NCBI GenBank assembly: GCA_020053595.1
Contig: JAGVMV010000046.1
Location: 197-64,196 of the forward strand
Length of the DNA stretch: 64,000 nt
Reading direction: 5' to 3'
Source of the DNA: Thermoleophilia bacterium
GTDB taxonomy: Bacteria; Actinomycetota; Thermoleophilia; BMS3ABIN01
Positions 19,578-28,621 of this stretch are shown here, piece by piece. Each line of letters begins with the position of its first letter. The first letter of the stretch is position 1. The position numbers were made by a program, and so were the translations under genes. The notes beneath the pieces were generated by a model. It was not told the origin of the DNA. It saw only the letters and a program-made list of their open reading frames with translations, and did not search any database.

Positions 19578-21896
19578 TCAGGCTACCAGTCGTTCAATCG
19601 TATTCAAAAGGATCTCCTGATCAAAACTGCCTTTGATCACGTAGGCATCAGCCCCAACTTCAATACCGCGCTTCTTGTCGCTTTCGTTGCTGCAGGATGT
19701 CACCATGATCACCGGTGTGTCCCTGAGGTCTTCCGCTTTCCTGATTGCCGATGTCAGGTCAAAACCGTCCATGCGTGGCATTTCAATGTCGGTGACCACG
19801 CAGTCTGCAGGTTTCTGCGAAAGTTGTGTAAGGGCATCAGCGCCGTCGACCGCAGTATCCACATCATATCCGGCAGTTTCCAGAATATTCCGCTGCAATT
19901 CCCGAACGACAAGGGAATCCTCGACTACCAGCACAGTCTTACGCCGGGTATCCGGTATACCGGCCTGATGTTCATGCTCTACTTTGTGCTGCCATGGCGT
20001 GCCCTCTTTTACCTTGCGCGCCAGCTGGATGATATTCAGCACAACTACTGCTTCACCGCTGCCGAGGATAGTGAGTCCGGCAATGTAGGGCAGGCTTCCC
20101 AAAAATACCCCGAGCGGTTTGATGACGACTTCCTGTTCACCCAACAATCTGCCGACTTCAAGACCCAACATGAACTTGTCTGATCCGACTACAACTACCT
20201 GTGACCTTCCGCCGGCTCGCTCCGTCTCGCCCCCACCAAGATATTCCAGTAAATCGATGATCGGGATGGCCGCATCCCGCATAATAAAGCCGCGGCGTGA
20301 CCCCAGCGTCCTGATGTCTTTTTCTGGCACCGCTACCATTTCCTTGACCGAGGACAATGGAATAACAAAACTGGAGTCGCTCGATTCCACGAGCAAACCT
20401 TTGATGACAGCGAGGGTGACAGGAAGGGAAACCGTAAAACGGGTCCCAACGCCTGGATCGGATTCGACACTAACAAAACCTTCGAGTTTTTCAATATTGC
20501 TCTTTACAACATCCAGCCCTACGCCTCGCCCGGATATCTCCGTGATAGTTTCCGCTGTTGAAAAGCCCGGGCGGAAGATCAGGTCGATGAGGTCCTCATC
20601 CGAAAGTTCATCGTTGACTTCAAAAAGTCCCTTTTCAAGAGCTGTTTTTCTTATCTTATCCGGATCTATGCCGGCGCCGTCATCTTTAATTTCTATTTCC
20701 ACGCGATCGCCTCGCTGGTAGGCGTCCAGCCAGATTGTTCCCTGTTCCGGTTTTCCGGCTGCGACCCTGGCGGACGGGGCTTCAATACCGTGATCCACGC
20801 AATTACGGATGATATGCATCAGTGGATCAGAGATCTGTTCAAGAATACGTTTGTCGAGTTCCGTATCCTCGCCGCTGGTTTGCAACCGGACTATCTTGCC
20901 GCTGGCGCCGGACGCGTCCCTGACTACACGAGGAAAAATGTTGAAGATATTTGTCAGCGGCAGCATGCGAACTTGAAGCGTACGATCCTGCAGCTCATCG
21001 AGGGCAAGCCTGCGGCTGGCGGTGTTTTCCTTAAAGTGCGACGCGGCCTCATCGATGCTGCCACTGATCGCCTCAGCGCGGTGCTCTGCCTGGATAAGCT
21101 TCTCGCTGAATGACGCGATCTGATCCGCTCCCGAATTGTGTTTAAGATCTTCCACCTGAGTCGCTAATGACGAAAATACATTCCTCAATTCACGGGCAGA
21201 CTGCTGCAGATCTGAAAGTTCATGCACCTGGCCTTCACTGTCTATCTGGTTTACTAGTATTTCACCCATGAGATCAAGTAGTTTGTCCAGTTTCTCTATG
21301 TTAACTCGAATGGTCGGATCAGCGCCGCGGGTCGATGCTTCTGCCTCTACCGCGGTAGAAATATTTTTGTTGCTTGTGGCAGCAGCCAGCTGTGGGAATG
21401 TTTCTGGCTCACTCGAAGGAGCCTCAGAAGATATGCCAGGCGCCGCGATCGGTCTTACTGTTTTTCGCCCGGCTTCCATCTCTTCACTTGAGGAGTCGAT
21501 GCCATGGCTATCATTGGCAAGCGCCAGCCTTTCCATTAAGCCGGAGACATCGATTTCTGAAACCTGACACGTGTCACTATCGGGCAGCAACTCCTCTATG
21601 CGATCCAGGGTTTCCAGAAGTATGTCAGCACGTTTTTTGTTGAGCGTTATCTGACCTTTTTGTACAGAGGAAAGAAGATCCTCAACGCGATGCGAGAGAT
21701 CCCTGACCGTGTCGAAACCCATCATACCTGCCGCGCCCTTGAGTGTATGGGCCTCCCGGAAGAGCTTTTTTAGAAGTTCTTCGTCGCCGGGTGCGTTCTC
21801 AAGTATCAGCAGGCCTTCAGCCAGATTACGCAGGCGTTCCTCAGCCTCGGCCCTGAAAGTCTGCAGAAATTCCTTGTCCGCCGACCAGTTATCCAT
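19578..21896 (-). CDS. cheA: Hybrid CheA histidine kinase with C-terminal receiver (WspE-like)
   Basis: Hpt (HTLKGAAG), a Ser/Ala-rich linker, HATPase (DDGAGID), a CheW-like domain, and a C-terminal REC (VLVVEDS....D..MP.MDG). Confidence 0.9.
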   Translation of the reverse strand: MDNWSADKEFLQTFRAEAEERLRNLAEGLLILENAPGDEELLKKLFREAHTLKGAAGMMGFDTVRDLSHRVEDLLSSVQKGQITLNKKRADILLETLDRIEELLPDSDTCQVSEIDVSGLMERLALANDSHGIDSSSEEMEAGRKTVRPIAAPGISSEAPSSEPETFPQLAAATSNKNISTAVEAEASTRGADPTIRVNIEKLDKLLDLMGEILVNQIDSEGQVHELSDLQQSARELRNVFSSLATQVEDLKHNSGADQIASFSEKLIQAEHRAEAISGSIDEAASHFKENTASRRLALDELQDRTLQVRMLPLTNIFNIFPRVVRDASGASGKIVRLQTSGEDTELDKRILEQISDPLMHIIRNCVDHGIEAPSARVAAGKPEQGTIWLDAYQRGDRVEIEIKDDGAGIDPDKIRKTALEKGLFEVNDELSDEDLIDLIFRPGFSTAETITEISGRGVGLDVVKSNIEKLEGFVSVESDPGVGTRFTVSLPVTLAVIKGLLVESSDSSFVIPLSSVKEMVAVPEKDIRTLGSRRGFIMRDAAIPIIDLLEYLGGGETERAGGRSQVVVVGSDKFMLGLEVGRLLGEQEVVIKPLGVFLGSLPYIAGLTILGSGEAVVVLNIIQLARKVKEGTPWQHKVEHEHQAGIPDTRRKTVLVVEDSLVVRELQRNILETAGYDVDTAVDGADALTQLSQKPADCVVTDIEMPRMDGFDLTSAIRKAEDLRDTPVIMVTSCSNESDKKRGIEVGADAYVIKGSFDQEILLNTIERLVA

Positions 21897-21912
21897 GTGA
21901 GTACCCGCCGAT

Positions 21913-23610
21913 CTACTTTACCCTGAACCTGGCAATAGCTTCACGAAGCTCAGCAGCAGCCAGGTTGAGTTGTTCGGTGGCCGCGGCGGTCTGTCGGGCG
22001 CCGCTTGCCTGCTGCTTGCTGGCAGCCGCAATGTTGGTCATCGCCACAACTACCTGTTCGCTGGCACTCTTCTGCTGCTGTGTGGCTATGGAGATTTCAT
22101 TGGCGGCGCTGGTGTTCTCAGCCACGACCTCGAGAATACTCTCGAGCGATCGGCCTGCATTGGTTGCCAGTTCAACCCCTCTATTGACCTCCTTGGCGCT
22201 CGCTTCAGTGGCGAGGATGGTGCTATTTGTCTCGGACTGGATCTCGTCAATAAGAGACTTGATCTTGCCGGTAGCTTCAACACTCTCTTCGGCCAGGCGC
22301 CGCACTTCACCGGCCACAACCGCAAAGCCTCGTCCCTGATCACCCGCGCGCGCCGCTTCTACTGCAGCATTGAGCGCCAGCAGATTCGTCTGGTCGGCGA
22401 TGTTGTTGATAATCTCCAGGATTGTTCCGATTCGTTGTGATTTTTCTCCGAGCGATAGCGTTTTTTCCGCTACATTATTTACCTTGTCGCTGATTGACTC
22501 CATACCCTCGAGTGTTGCGGCTACCGCTTCGTGGCCCTGTTGGGCATGATTGAAAGTCTCATCCGCGACCCGGGCAACGGACCCGGCTGTTTCTGCAATC
22601 TGTTTGGCGGTTGCGGCTAGCTCCTCAATGGTGGCAGTTGTCTCAGCCACAGCCGAGGACTGCTCCGCTGACGTGCTGGCCTGCTGCTCAACTGTTGCCG
22701 AAATTTCCGCGGAGGCTGCGCTCGTCTGTTCGCCGGTCTCGAGGATCTTGGTGCTGAGTTCCCTCAAGCTATCGGTCATGTCATTGAAACTTGTGGCGAG
22801 CACACCAAGTTCATCAGATGATTTTGTTGGCACGCGCAACGTCAAGTCGCCAGCTGCAATGCGTTTGATCGCGCCAACAACATTGGTTAATGGACGAATT
22901 ATTGCGATCTTCAAAAGAACTTTCAGAGAGATGATCACAAAGGCCAGGGTCAGCAGCAGGGCGGCGATGGAAAATACCTTGTTTGACTGGATTGTGTCAT
23001 CCACCTTCTTGGTGGATGTGGATACCAGAACGGCGCCTCGCATCGGCGAGGTACCGGTATGACAAGACTGGCAGGCGGCCTCATTGGGCAGAGCATGGAT
23101 CTCCGTCAATAATCGGTTGTCGCCCTCTCCTTCATAGAATGAGGCTACCTCGCCGGAAGCAAGCACTTTTGTCAGATGTTCTTTTTCCAGACCAGCAGCG
23201 ACACTGCCACCCTTAAATGCTTCTCCGCCATCCGGGTTAAAAACTATTACCTGAGTTACTCCATTGATACTTCGCAAGTTATCCAGAGCCTGCATGGTGA
23301 GGTCACTTTTTCCTGCCAGCATGCTTGTTTTCAGACTGCCGTGTACCGAAATCGACAGCGAGCGGTTCATGTCCTCCTGCTGTGCGACCATGTCGTTTTG
23401 CTCATGACTGATGCTGAGATAGGCAAAGGTCCCAAAACCGATAAAGATCAGCAGCGATGTGAGCCCCATTATCTTCGCCTCGATGCTTGTTCTGAAAATA
23501 TTCCGCAAGAGTCCTCCCTCCGTGGCAGCTCCATCATTTGAATACAACCGAGCCTGTTTGATCGACGCGCTGTTCGTGCCCCGCTCCAGTGTTTCGCCTC
23601 CCACTGCCAT
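21913..23610 (-). CDS. Methyl-accepting chemotaxis protein with ~130-aa periplasmic sensor containing a CxxCH motif
   Basis: Two TM helices, HAMP, and an MA domain with Ala/Ser/Thr/Gln heptads. CQSCH at aa 180-184 lies in the periplasmic loop. The start may be the internal M (MGLTSLL) at 23469. Confidence 0.88.
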   Translation of the reverse strand: MAVGGETLERGTNSASIKQARLYSNDGAATEGGLLRNIFRTSIEAKIMGLTSLLIFIGFGTFAYLSISHEQNDMVAQQEDMNRSLSISVHGSLKTSMLAGKSDLTMQALDNLRSINGVTQVIVFNPDGGEAFKGGSVAAGLEKEHLTKVLASGEVASFYEGEGDNRLLTEIHALPNEAACQSCHTGTSPMRGAVLVSTSTKKVDDTIQSNKVFSIAALLLTLAFVIISLKVLLKIAIIRPLTNVVGAIKRIAAGDLTLRVPTKSSDELGVLATSFNDMTDSLRELSTKILETGEQTSAASAEISATVEQQASTSAEQSSAVAETTATIEELAATAKQIAETAGSVARVADETFNHAQQGHEAVAATLEGMESISDKVNNVAEKTLSLGEKSQRIGTILEIINNIADQTNLLALNAAVEAARAGDQGRGFAVVAGEVRRLAEESVEATGKIKSLIDEIQSETNSTILATEASAKEVNRGVELATNAGRSLESILEVVAENTSAANEISIATQQQKSASEQVVVAMTNIAAASKQQASGARQTAAATEQLNLAAAELREAIARFRVK

Positions 23611-23631
23611 TTTTACCCCACTTCGTATTTA

Positions 23632-24159
23632 TTAAGACGCAGCTGGCGTCGGGCGTACATTAGCCATTATCTGATCAATATCGAGAATGCCCACCAGGGC
23701 GTCCTCCATATTTGCCTGGGCTATGACAAATGTCCTTTGATTCTCGTCCAGAGTTCGCAGGGCCGGTTGCAATAAAGATGGCGATATTTCCACAACGCGA
23801 CTGGCGCTGTCCACGAGCAATCCTAATGCGAACTGTTCCGTGTCTACGACGATAATCCGGCTCTGTGGACTATCACTCCAGGGCGGCAGAGACAATACGG
23901 CGGCCAGATCGATTACCGGCAGCACACTGCCCCTAAGATTGATGATCCCGGTAACAAAATCCGGTGCGCCGGGCACCCAGGTTATTTTTGGCACCCTGAT
24001 GATCTCCCGTACTTTGTGGATCTCAACAGCGAATGTCTCCGTGGCAAGTGAAAGCACGACGAAGGACAGATCGTCCTCCGAACTTTCATTCAACTGGGAT
24101 CCGGGAAGGTTGCCCCCCTCGCTCGCGCCCCAAAAGGTTGTACTCTCTTGTCCGCCCAT
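23632..24159 (-). CDS. cheW: Chemotaxis coupling protein CheW
   Basis: FAVEI..V.EI......T.VP.AP.FV.G.INLRG.V.PV.DL. Confidence 0.82.
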   Translation of the reverse strand: MGGQESTTFWGASEGGNLPGSQLNESSEDDLSFVVLSLATETFAVEIHKVREIIRVPKITWVPGAPDFVTGIINLRGSVLPVIDLAAVLSLPPWSDSPQSRIIVVDTEQFALGLLVDSASRVVEISPSLLQPALRTLDENQRTFVIAQANMEDALVGILDIDQIMANVRPTPAAS

Positions 24160-24259
24160 GTCTACTCTGGTTGGTTGGACTGCCCTGACTCGGGTTAATT
24201 CGGACGACGATGCCGTCTTCTTTAACTGAAAGGGATATCGGTATCAGCTATCTGGAGCT

Positions 24260-25111
24260 TTACCCGGTATAGTCACTGGATTGCTTCCGCTGAAAAAGCT
24301 TTAAGAAATGGCCGCGCTTGGGTATATCGCCGGCGTCCAGGGCCGGCCGTTCCAGTTTCGAACTTTCGAGGACCCGCGAGGGATTTTGAAGCATGATTGT
24401 TCGCGCGGCGGTTTCTCCGAGCTCCTCACATAAAATTTTGTAACAATTTGAAAGAAGCGGCGCCCGCTTGCCGGTGGAGTGAGCATCGCTTGCCACCAGG
24501 TGAATCATGCCTGATTTTGCCAAAAACAGGCTCGTTTTTTTTATGGTCTTTCCAAAAACACCTTCGATACTGGCGGCTGTCAGCTGGCAGTAAATTTGAT
24601 CGTGTTCCATAATTTCATTGAGCCGGTTCGGCCGCTTCTGCACAAAGATTGTTCTCTCTGGATGCGCCAGTATCGGGTACAGCCCGCACAGGCGAACCCT
24701 GTACGCAGCCTGGGCAACCTGATCGAAGCTGGTTCCCGCGGTTTCCATCAGCAGAAATCTGCCACCATTGATAGCGAGCGACTTAAGAAAAGTTTTGTCG
24801 CCCGCCATGCAGGTGCTCATGGGAACCTCGGCTCCAGCTGAAAGTCGCAGATCGATGCCGGCTGAAGTAAATGACTTCCTGAGCTGGGCGATCCTTTGTT
24901 CGCGGTCGCTGCCGTCGTAATATCCCTCGACGATATGAGGTGTCGCCACAATGTCGGTTATACCATCCGCTATCGCCATCCGGGCCATAGCCAGGCTGGT
25001 ATCCATGTCGGGTGGCCCATCGTCGACACCGGGAATAATATGACAATGTGTATCGATGAATTCCAGCAAATTGTCCTCACGCAGATCTCTTGAGAATGGC
25101 AGCAAGCTCAA
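24260..25111 (-). CDS. Mn-dependent protein-tyrosine phosphatase, PHP family (CpsB/YwqE/CapC-like)
   Basis: IDTHCHIIPGVDDGP, ATPH and HPER motifs. Partner of BY-kinases in polysaccharide loci. Confidence 0.78.
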   Translation of the reverse strand: MSLLPFSRDLREDNLLEFIDTHCHIIPGVDDGPPDMDTSLAMARMAIADGITDIVATPHIVEGYYDGSDREQRIAQLRKSFTSAGIDLRLSAGAEVPMSTCMAGDKTFLKSLAINGGRFLLMETAGTSFDQVAQAAYRVRLCGLYPILAHPERTIFVQKRPNRLNEIMEHDQIYCQLTAASIEGVFGKTIKKTSLFLAKSGMIHLVASDAHSTGKRAPLLSNCYKILCEELGETAARTIMLQNPSRVLESSKLERPALDAGDIPKRGHFLKLFQRKQSSDYTG

Positions 25112-25168
25112 TTATGCTATAAATAGTGTGAAAGCTCACCTTTTAGAAACCCTGTTCCTGATTATTCC

Positions 25169-25816
25169 ATGAAAAGAAACTTGAAAATATTGGGCATTCT
25201 GCTCATCATTGCCGGCGTTGGGGTCTTGCTCATTGTCCCCGGATCGTGGCTGCTTGGATATTTCGCCCAGCGAGGCCTGGACAGTGAGTTCAATCAGGAA
25301 TCCGCATCAGCCCTGTCACTGAACTCATCTGTGATGGACAAGATGCAGGGCGCGGCGGATACCGAGAAACTTAGAGAGCTGGCCAAAGCTTTTCAGAGGC
25401 AATTGCGAAGCGAGCAGACAATTGCCCGGCTGGAGATTCCCAGGATCGGCGTAAATGCCGTAGTAGTCGAAGGCACAACCGACGGCTCACTGCGTAAGGG
25501 CGTCGGCCATATGGAAGGAACCCCTCTACCAGGCATGGGAGAGAATTTCAGTCTTGCCGGGGACCGCGTACTTTATGGCGCGCCTTTTTTAAACATCGAT
25601 GATCTTACTGAGGGAGACGAGATAAAGGTTCAGACAACCTATGGCAAGTTTGTTTACAACATGGTCAGCAACAGGATTACCGACCCGGAAGACGTCGACA
25701 TTTTAAAATATCCGGGTTTTGAAGCTATCACCCTGATAACCTGCGATCCTCCCTGGGACACCTCGCACCGGCTGATTATTCAGGGCAAGCTCGTTTCCGC
25801 CAATCTTCTGCCCTAG
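25169..25816 (+). CDS. Sortase family transpeptidase
   Basis: N-terminal TM anchor, LEIPRIGV, catalytic-His region (GHMEGT.LPG), and a TLITCDP Cys motif. Confidence 0.8.
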   Translation: MKRNLKILGILLIIAGVGVLLIVPGSWLLGYFAQRGLDSEFNQESASALSLNSSVMDKMQGAADTEKLRELAKAFQRQLRSEQTIARLEIPRIGVNAVVVEGTTDGSLRKGVGHMEGTPLPGMGENFSLAGDRVLYGAPFLNIDDLTEGDEIKVQTTYGKFVYNMVSNRITDPEDVDILKYPGFEAITLITCDPPWDTSHRLIIQGKLVSANLLP

Positions 25817-26128
25817 TAGGCTCCCCGGCGCGAGGGCTATGACGACTTCTTCCACATCATGTTCCATGACGGCGCCCTGCAGGTTTACACCGGCTGGACC
25901 GGCGCCTATAATTACCATCTTTTTACGCCACGATCCCCTTCGGAATGCCCTGATCTGCATGTTGTGTGCCATGAGCCGAATAAAGATCAGGCCTGATATA
26001 AATAGCGTTATCATGGCAATGATTCCCGGACGGGAAAAATCGTAGATCTCCGTGTGCACGAAATCCTCGGGGATAAAAGCGGAGCAGACCATTATGGCAA
26101 AGGAAATCAGGGTGCTCTTCATTACCAC
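25703..26128 (-). pseudogene. N-terminal fragment of a WbaP/CapD-like membrane sugar-modifying enzyme (truncated)
   Basis: 141-aa ORF with TM helices followed by KKMVIIGAGPAG....EVVIALAPGSLLG, which resembles the membrane + Rossmann start of WbaP/PglF-type proteins. Its 3' end overlaps the sortase gene by 114 nt, and no catalytic C-terminus follows. Confidence 0.3.
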
Positions 26129-26193
26129 GGAGATAATGGTAATTTTTCCCCTCCACCCCTCTTATTTTCGACTCCGGGACCACCTTATCCTGT

Positions 26194-26823
26194 TTATCGT
26201 GTCGATCGACCCATCTTCTTAAGTGGCAAAAACAGTGTGCGGGCGATGATGCGCAGGTCGAGGAACAGACTCCGGCGCTCGAGGTAATAAAGGTCCAGAG
26301 CTACCTTGCGCGGGAGGATCCGTTCGACATAGCCGCCGGTGGGATCGTCACGGGAAAGCAGCAACGCTTCGTCTTTGAAATGAAGTTGCGAAAGACCGGT
26401 GACGCCCGGACGGCAGTCCAGCACCCGGCGCTGCTGGACCGTGTACAGCGCAACTAGGCCGGTGTCTTCTGGCCGGGGACCCACCAGGCTCATTTCACCT
26501 TTGATAACATTGTAGATTTGCGGTAGTTCGTCCAGACGGGTACGCCTGAGCCACCTGCCGGCGCGGGTCAGGCGCTGATCATCGCTGATGGTGAGCGGGG
26601 AGCTGTTATCCCGGTCTCCTGTGTCCACCATGGTGCGGAGCTTGTACATGGTGAAGGGACAGCCGCCGTAGCCACAGCGCTGGGCCCGGTAGAGAGCGGG
26701 ACCGGGAGAGTCCAGCTTCACGGCCACCGCCAGGCCGACGAGGAGCGGGGAGAGGATCAACAGAAGCGGGGCGGACAGCGCCAGGTCGAGCGCCCGCTTT
26801 GATGATCCGCCTACTGCCGTCAT
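26194..26823 (-). CDS. Small initiating phosphoglycosyltransferase (PglC/WecA-independent 'bacterial sugar transferase' family)
   Basis: KRALDLALS..LL..SPLL...A..KL.S.GP..Y.Q.R.G..G..F..YKLRTM...G.....GPRPE. The likely start is M at 26823. Confidence 0.83.
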   Translation of the reverse strand: MTAVGGSSKRALDLALSAPLLLILSPLLVGLAVAVKLDSPGPALYRAQRCGYGGCPFTMYKLRTMVDTGDRDNSSPLTISDDQRLTRAGRWLRRTRLDELPQIYNVIKGEMSLVGPRPEDTGLVALYTVQQRRVLDCRPGVTGLSQLHFKDEALLLSRDDPTGGYVERILPRKVALDLYYLERRSLFLDLRIIARTLFLPLKKMGRSTR

Positions 26824-26837
26824 TGAAGCTCCCCTGG

Positions 26838-27584
26838 TCACACCGGTTTGCGAATAGCCACAAGATAGTGGGTCCTCAGCAGCGGGATGCGCCCCAGCAG
26901 ATAGGCGGCCAGCCTCGAACGGGGGACCACCGCCCGGGCCAGCGGCGGCGCCAGCGACACACGCTTGAATTTTATATGACATCCTGAAAAAAGACTCAGG
27001 ATCTCCCGCTTGCTCACCCCGCGAACGTCACCGTTTCCGGGACGGCTGATGAAATAGTCATACCAGATAATGAGGCCGTCAGGCTTCAGCACCCGGAGCA
27101 TCTCGGCGGCGACATCACGCCTCATGAACGGATCCAGTATGGAAGTGAACATGACGAACTGGCAAACCAGGTCAAAGGAAGCATCATCAAAGGGAAGCCG
27201 GTCGGCGCCGGCTTCGCGAATATTGAAATCCGGATGGCGGCGCCGGCAGTCGGCGACGCGCTCGGGGATCAGGTCGACGCCGTGTATCTTGGATGGCGTG
27301 GCGCCGTACTTGAGGAAATTGCCCAATTCGGCGCCGCCCCCGCAGCCGACCTCAAGGATGGCCCGGTTCTTCAGGTCGGTCAGGCCGTGGCGTTTGAGCA
27401 GGTTCAGCACCGCCTGCTCCTGCTCGTGCAGATGGAAGGCCGTGGCCGGGTTGAACCAGGAATAGCGGTCGTCTGCGGAACCTTGTGTGCGCTTCTGATA
27501 AGCGATGAGGATGCGTTCTTCCTCGGTCATCGCTGAATCGCCCGTCTGTAGATCGATTGCCTGTTGTTGCCGTTCTGGAGTCAT
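26838..27584 (-). CDS. Class-I SAM-dependent methyltransferase
   Basis: ILEVGCGGG glycine-rich SAM motif and an LKPDG motif. ATGA start/stop overlap with the upstream GT2. Confidence 0.72.
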   Translation of the reverse strand: MTPERQQQAIDLQTGDSAMTEEERILIAYQKRTQGSADDRYSWFNPATAFHLHEQEQAVLNLLKRHGLTDLKNRAILEVGCGGGAELGNFLKYGATPSKIHGVDLIPERVADCRRRHPDFNIREAGADRLPFDDASFDLVCQFVMFTSILDPFMRRDVAAEMLRVLKPDGLIIWYDYFISRPGNGDVRGVSKREILSLFSGCHIKFKRVSLAPPLARAVVPRSRLAAYLLGRIPLLRTHYLVAIRKPV

Positions 27585-28621
27585 GCCTTTCCCCCTGGCA
27601 GCGAAAGCAGACGGGAGATGCCGCAGATGAATCCGGTCGCATAGGAAAGATGGAGAGTCGCAAAGGCCACCGGCAGGAGGACGCAAGATGGACCGTGGCG
27701 CACAGCGAGCCTCAGGGAAAAAAGTAGTGACGTCAACACGTAAAGGGCCAGCAACGCAACTGGCAGCCACAGGAAGCCCGACGACAGCGCCGCCGCCAGC
27801 AGCGACACGGCGAACACCACCAGCGCCGTGGCCGGCACCAGGTGCCGGACAGAGGGCAGGCTCCCATGCTTGCGCAGAATGCACACCTTCCAGCGGCCGT
27901 ACTGGAAATACTGTTTCCAGAGAGCTTTGAGGGTCGGGCGGCTGAAGTAACTGGAGCGGATGGCCGGTTCCAGGTAGATGCGGCCGCCGCCCCGGGTGAG
28001 GCGGAAGTTGAACTCGTCGTCCTGGTTACGCACCAGTTCCTCGTCGAAATATCCGATGCGGTCGAAAACTTCACACCGGTAGGCGCCAAAGGCTACCGTG
28101 TCCACGAAACCTGGCTTATCCGATGTGCGGAAGCGGGCGTTTCCCACGCCGAAAGAGGATGACATGGCCAGGGAGGCCACCTTCCCCAGGACGGTATGGC
28201 TCATAGTCTCAATCCGTCCGCCCACGCAATCGGCGCCCGTTTTTTCCAGGGTCTCCACGTTCAAACGTACAAAATCCGGCTCAACATAGCTGTGGCTCCC
28301 CAGGATAATGACAACATCCCCTTTGGCGCTCCTGACGCCGATGTTGAGGGCCACGGGAGTGATCCGCCGAGGATTTTCGAGATAGCGCACCGTGGGGGTG
28401 TGGGCCGCGAAAGAGCGGACGATATCGGCGGATCTGTCGCTAGAAAGGCCGTCCACTACCAAGACCTCGACGAGTCCGGGGGGATAATCCTGATTTATGA
28501 GCGACCGCACACAGCGACCGATATACTGCTCCTCGTTGTACATGGGGATGACCACCGAGACCATGGGGCTCGCCTGAAGGGCGCTCTTTGGCGCCCGCCT
28601 CAGTTTCTCTACCGGGTTCAT
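27581..28621 (-). CDS. Family-2 glycosyltransferase with C-terminal TM segments
   Basis: VSVVIPMYNEE, DGLSSD/DxD-like motifs, and a hydrophobic C-terminus. Confidence 0.82.
   Translation of the reverse strand: MNPVEKLRRAPKSALQASPMVSVVIPMYNEEQYIGRCVRSLINQDYPPGLVEVLVVDGLSSDRSADIVRSFAAHTPTVRYLENPRRITPVALNIGVRSAKGDVVIILGSHSYVEPDFVRLNVETLEKTGADCVGGRIETMSHTVLGKVASLAMSSSFGVGNARFRTSDKPGFVDTVAFGAYRCEVFDRIGYFDEELVRNQDDEFNFRLTRGGGRIYLEPAIRSSYFSRPTLKALWKQYFQYGRWKVCILRKHGSLPSVRHLVPATALVVFAVSLLAAALSSGFLWLPVALLALYVLTSLLFSLRLAVRHGPSCVLLPVAFATLHLSYATGFICGISRLLSLPGGKA

Noticed and set aside
25923-26183. 86-aa ORF immediately downstream of the phosphoglycosyltransferase
   Set aside because: His/Arg-rich low-complexity translation with no motif. 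Probably non-coding spacer or debris associated with the truncated WbaP/PglF-like fragment.
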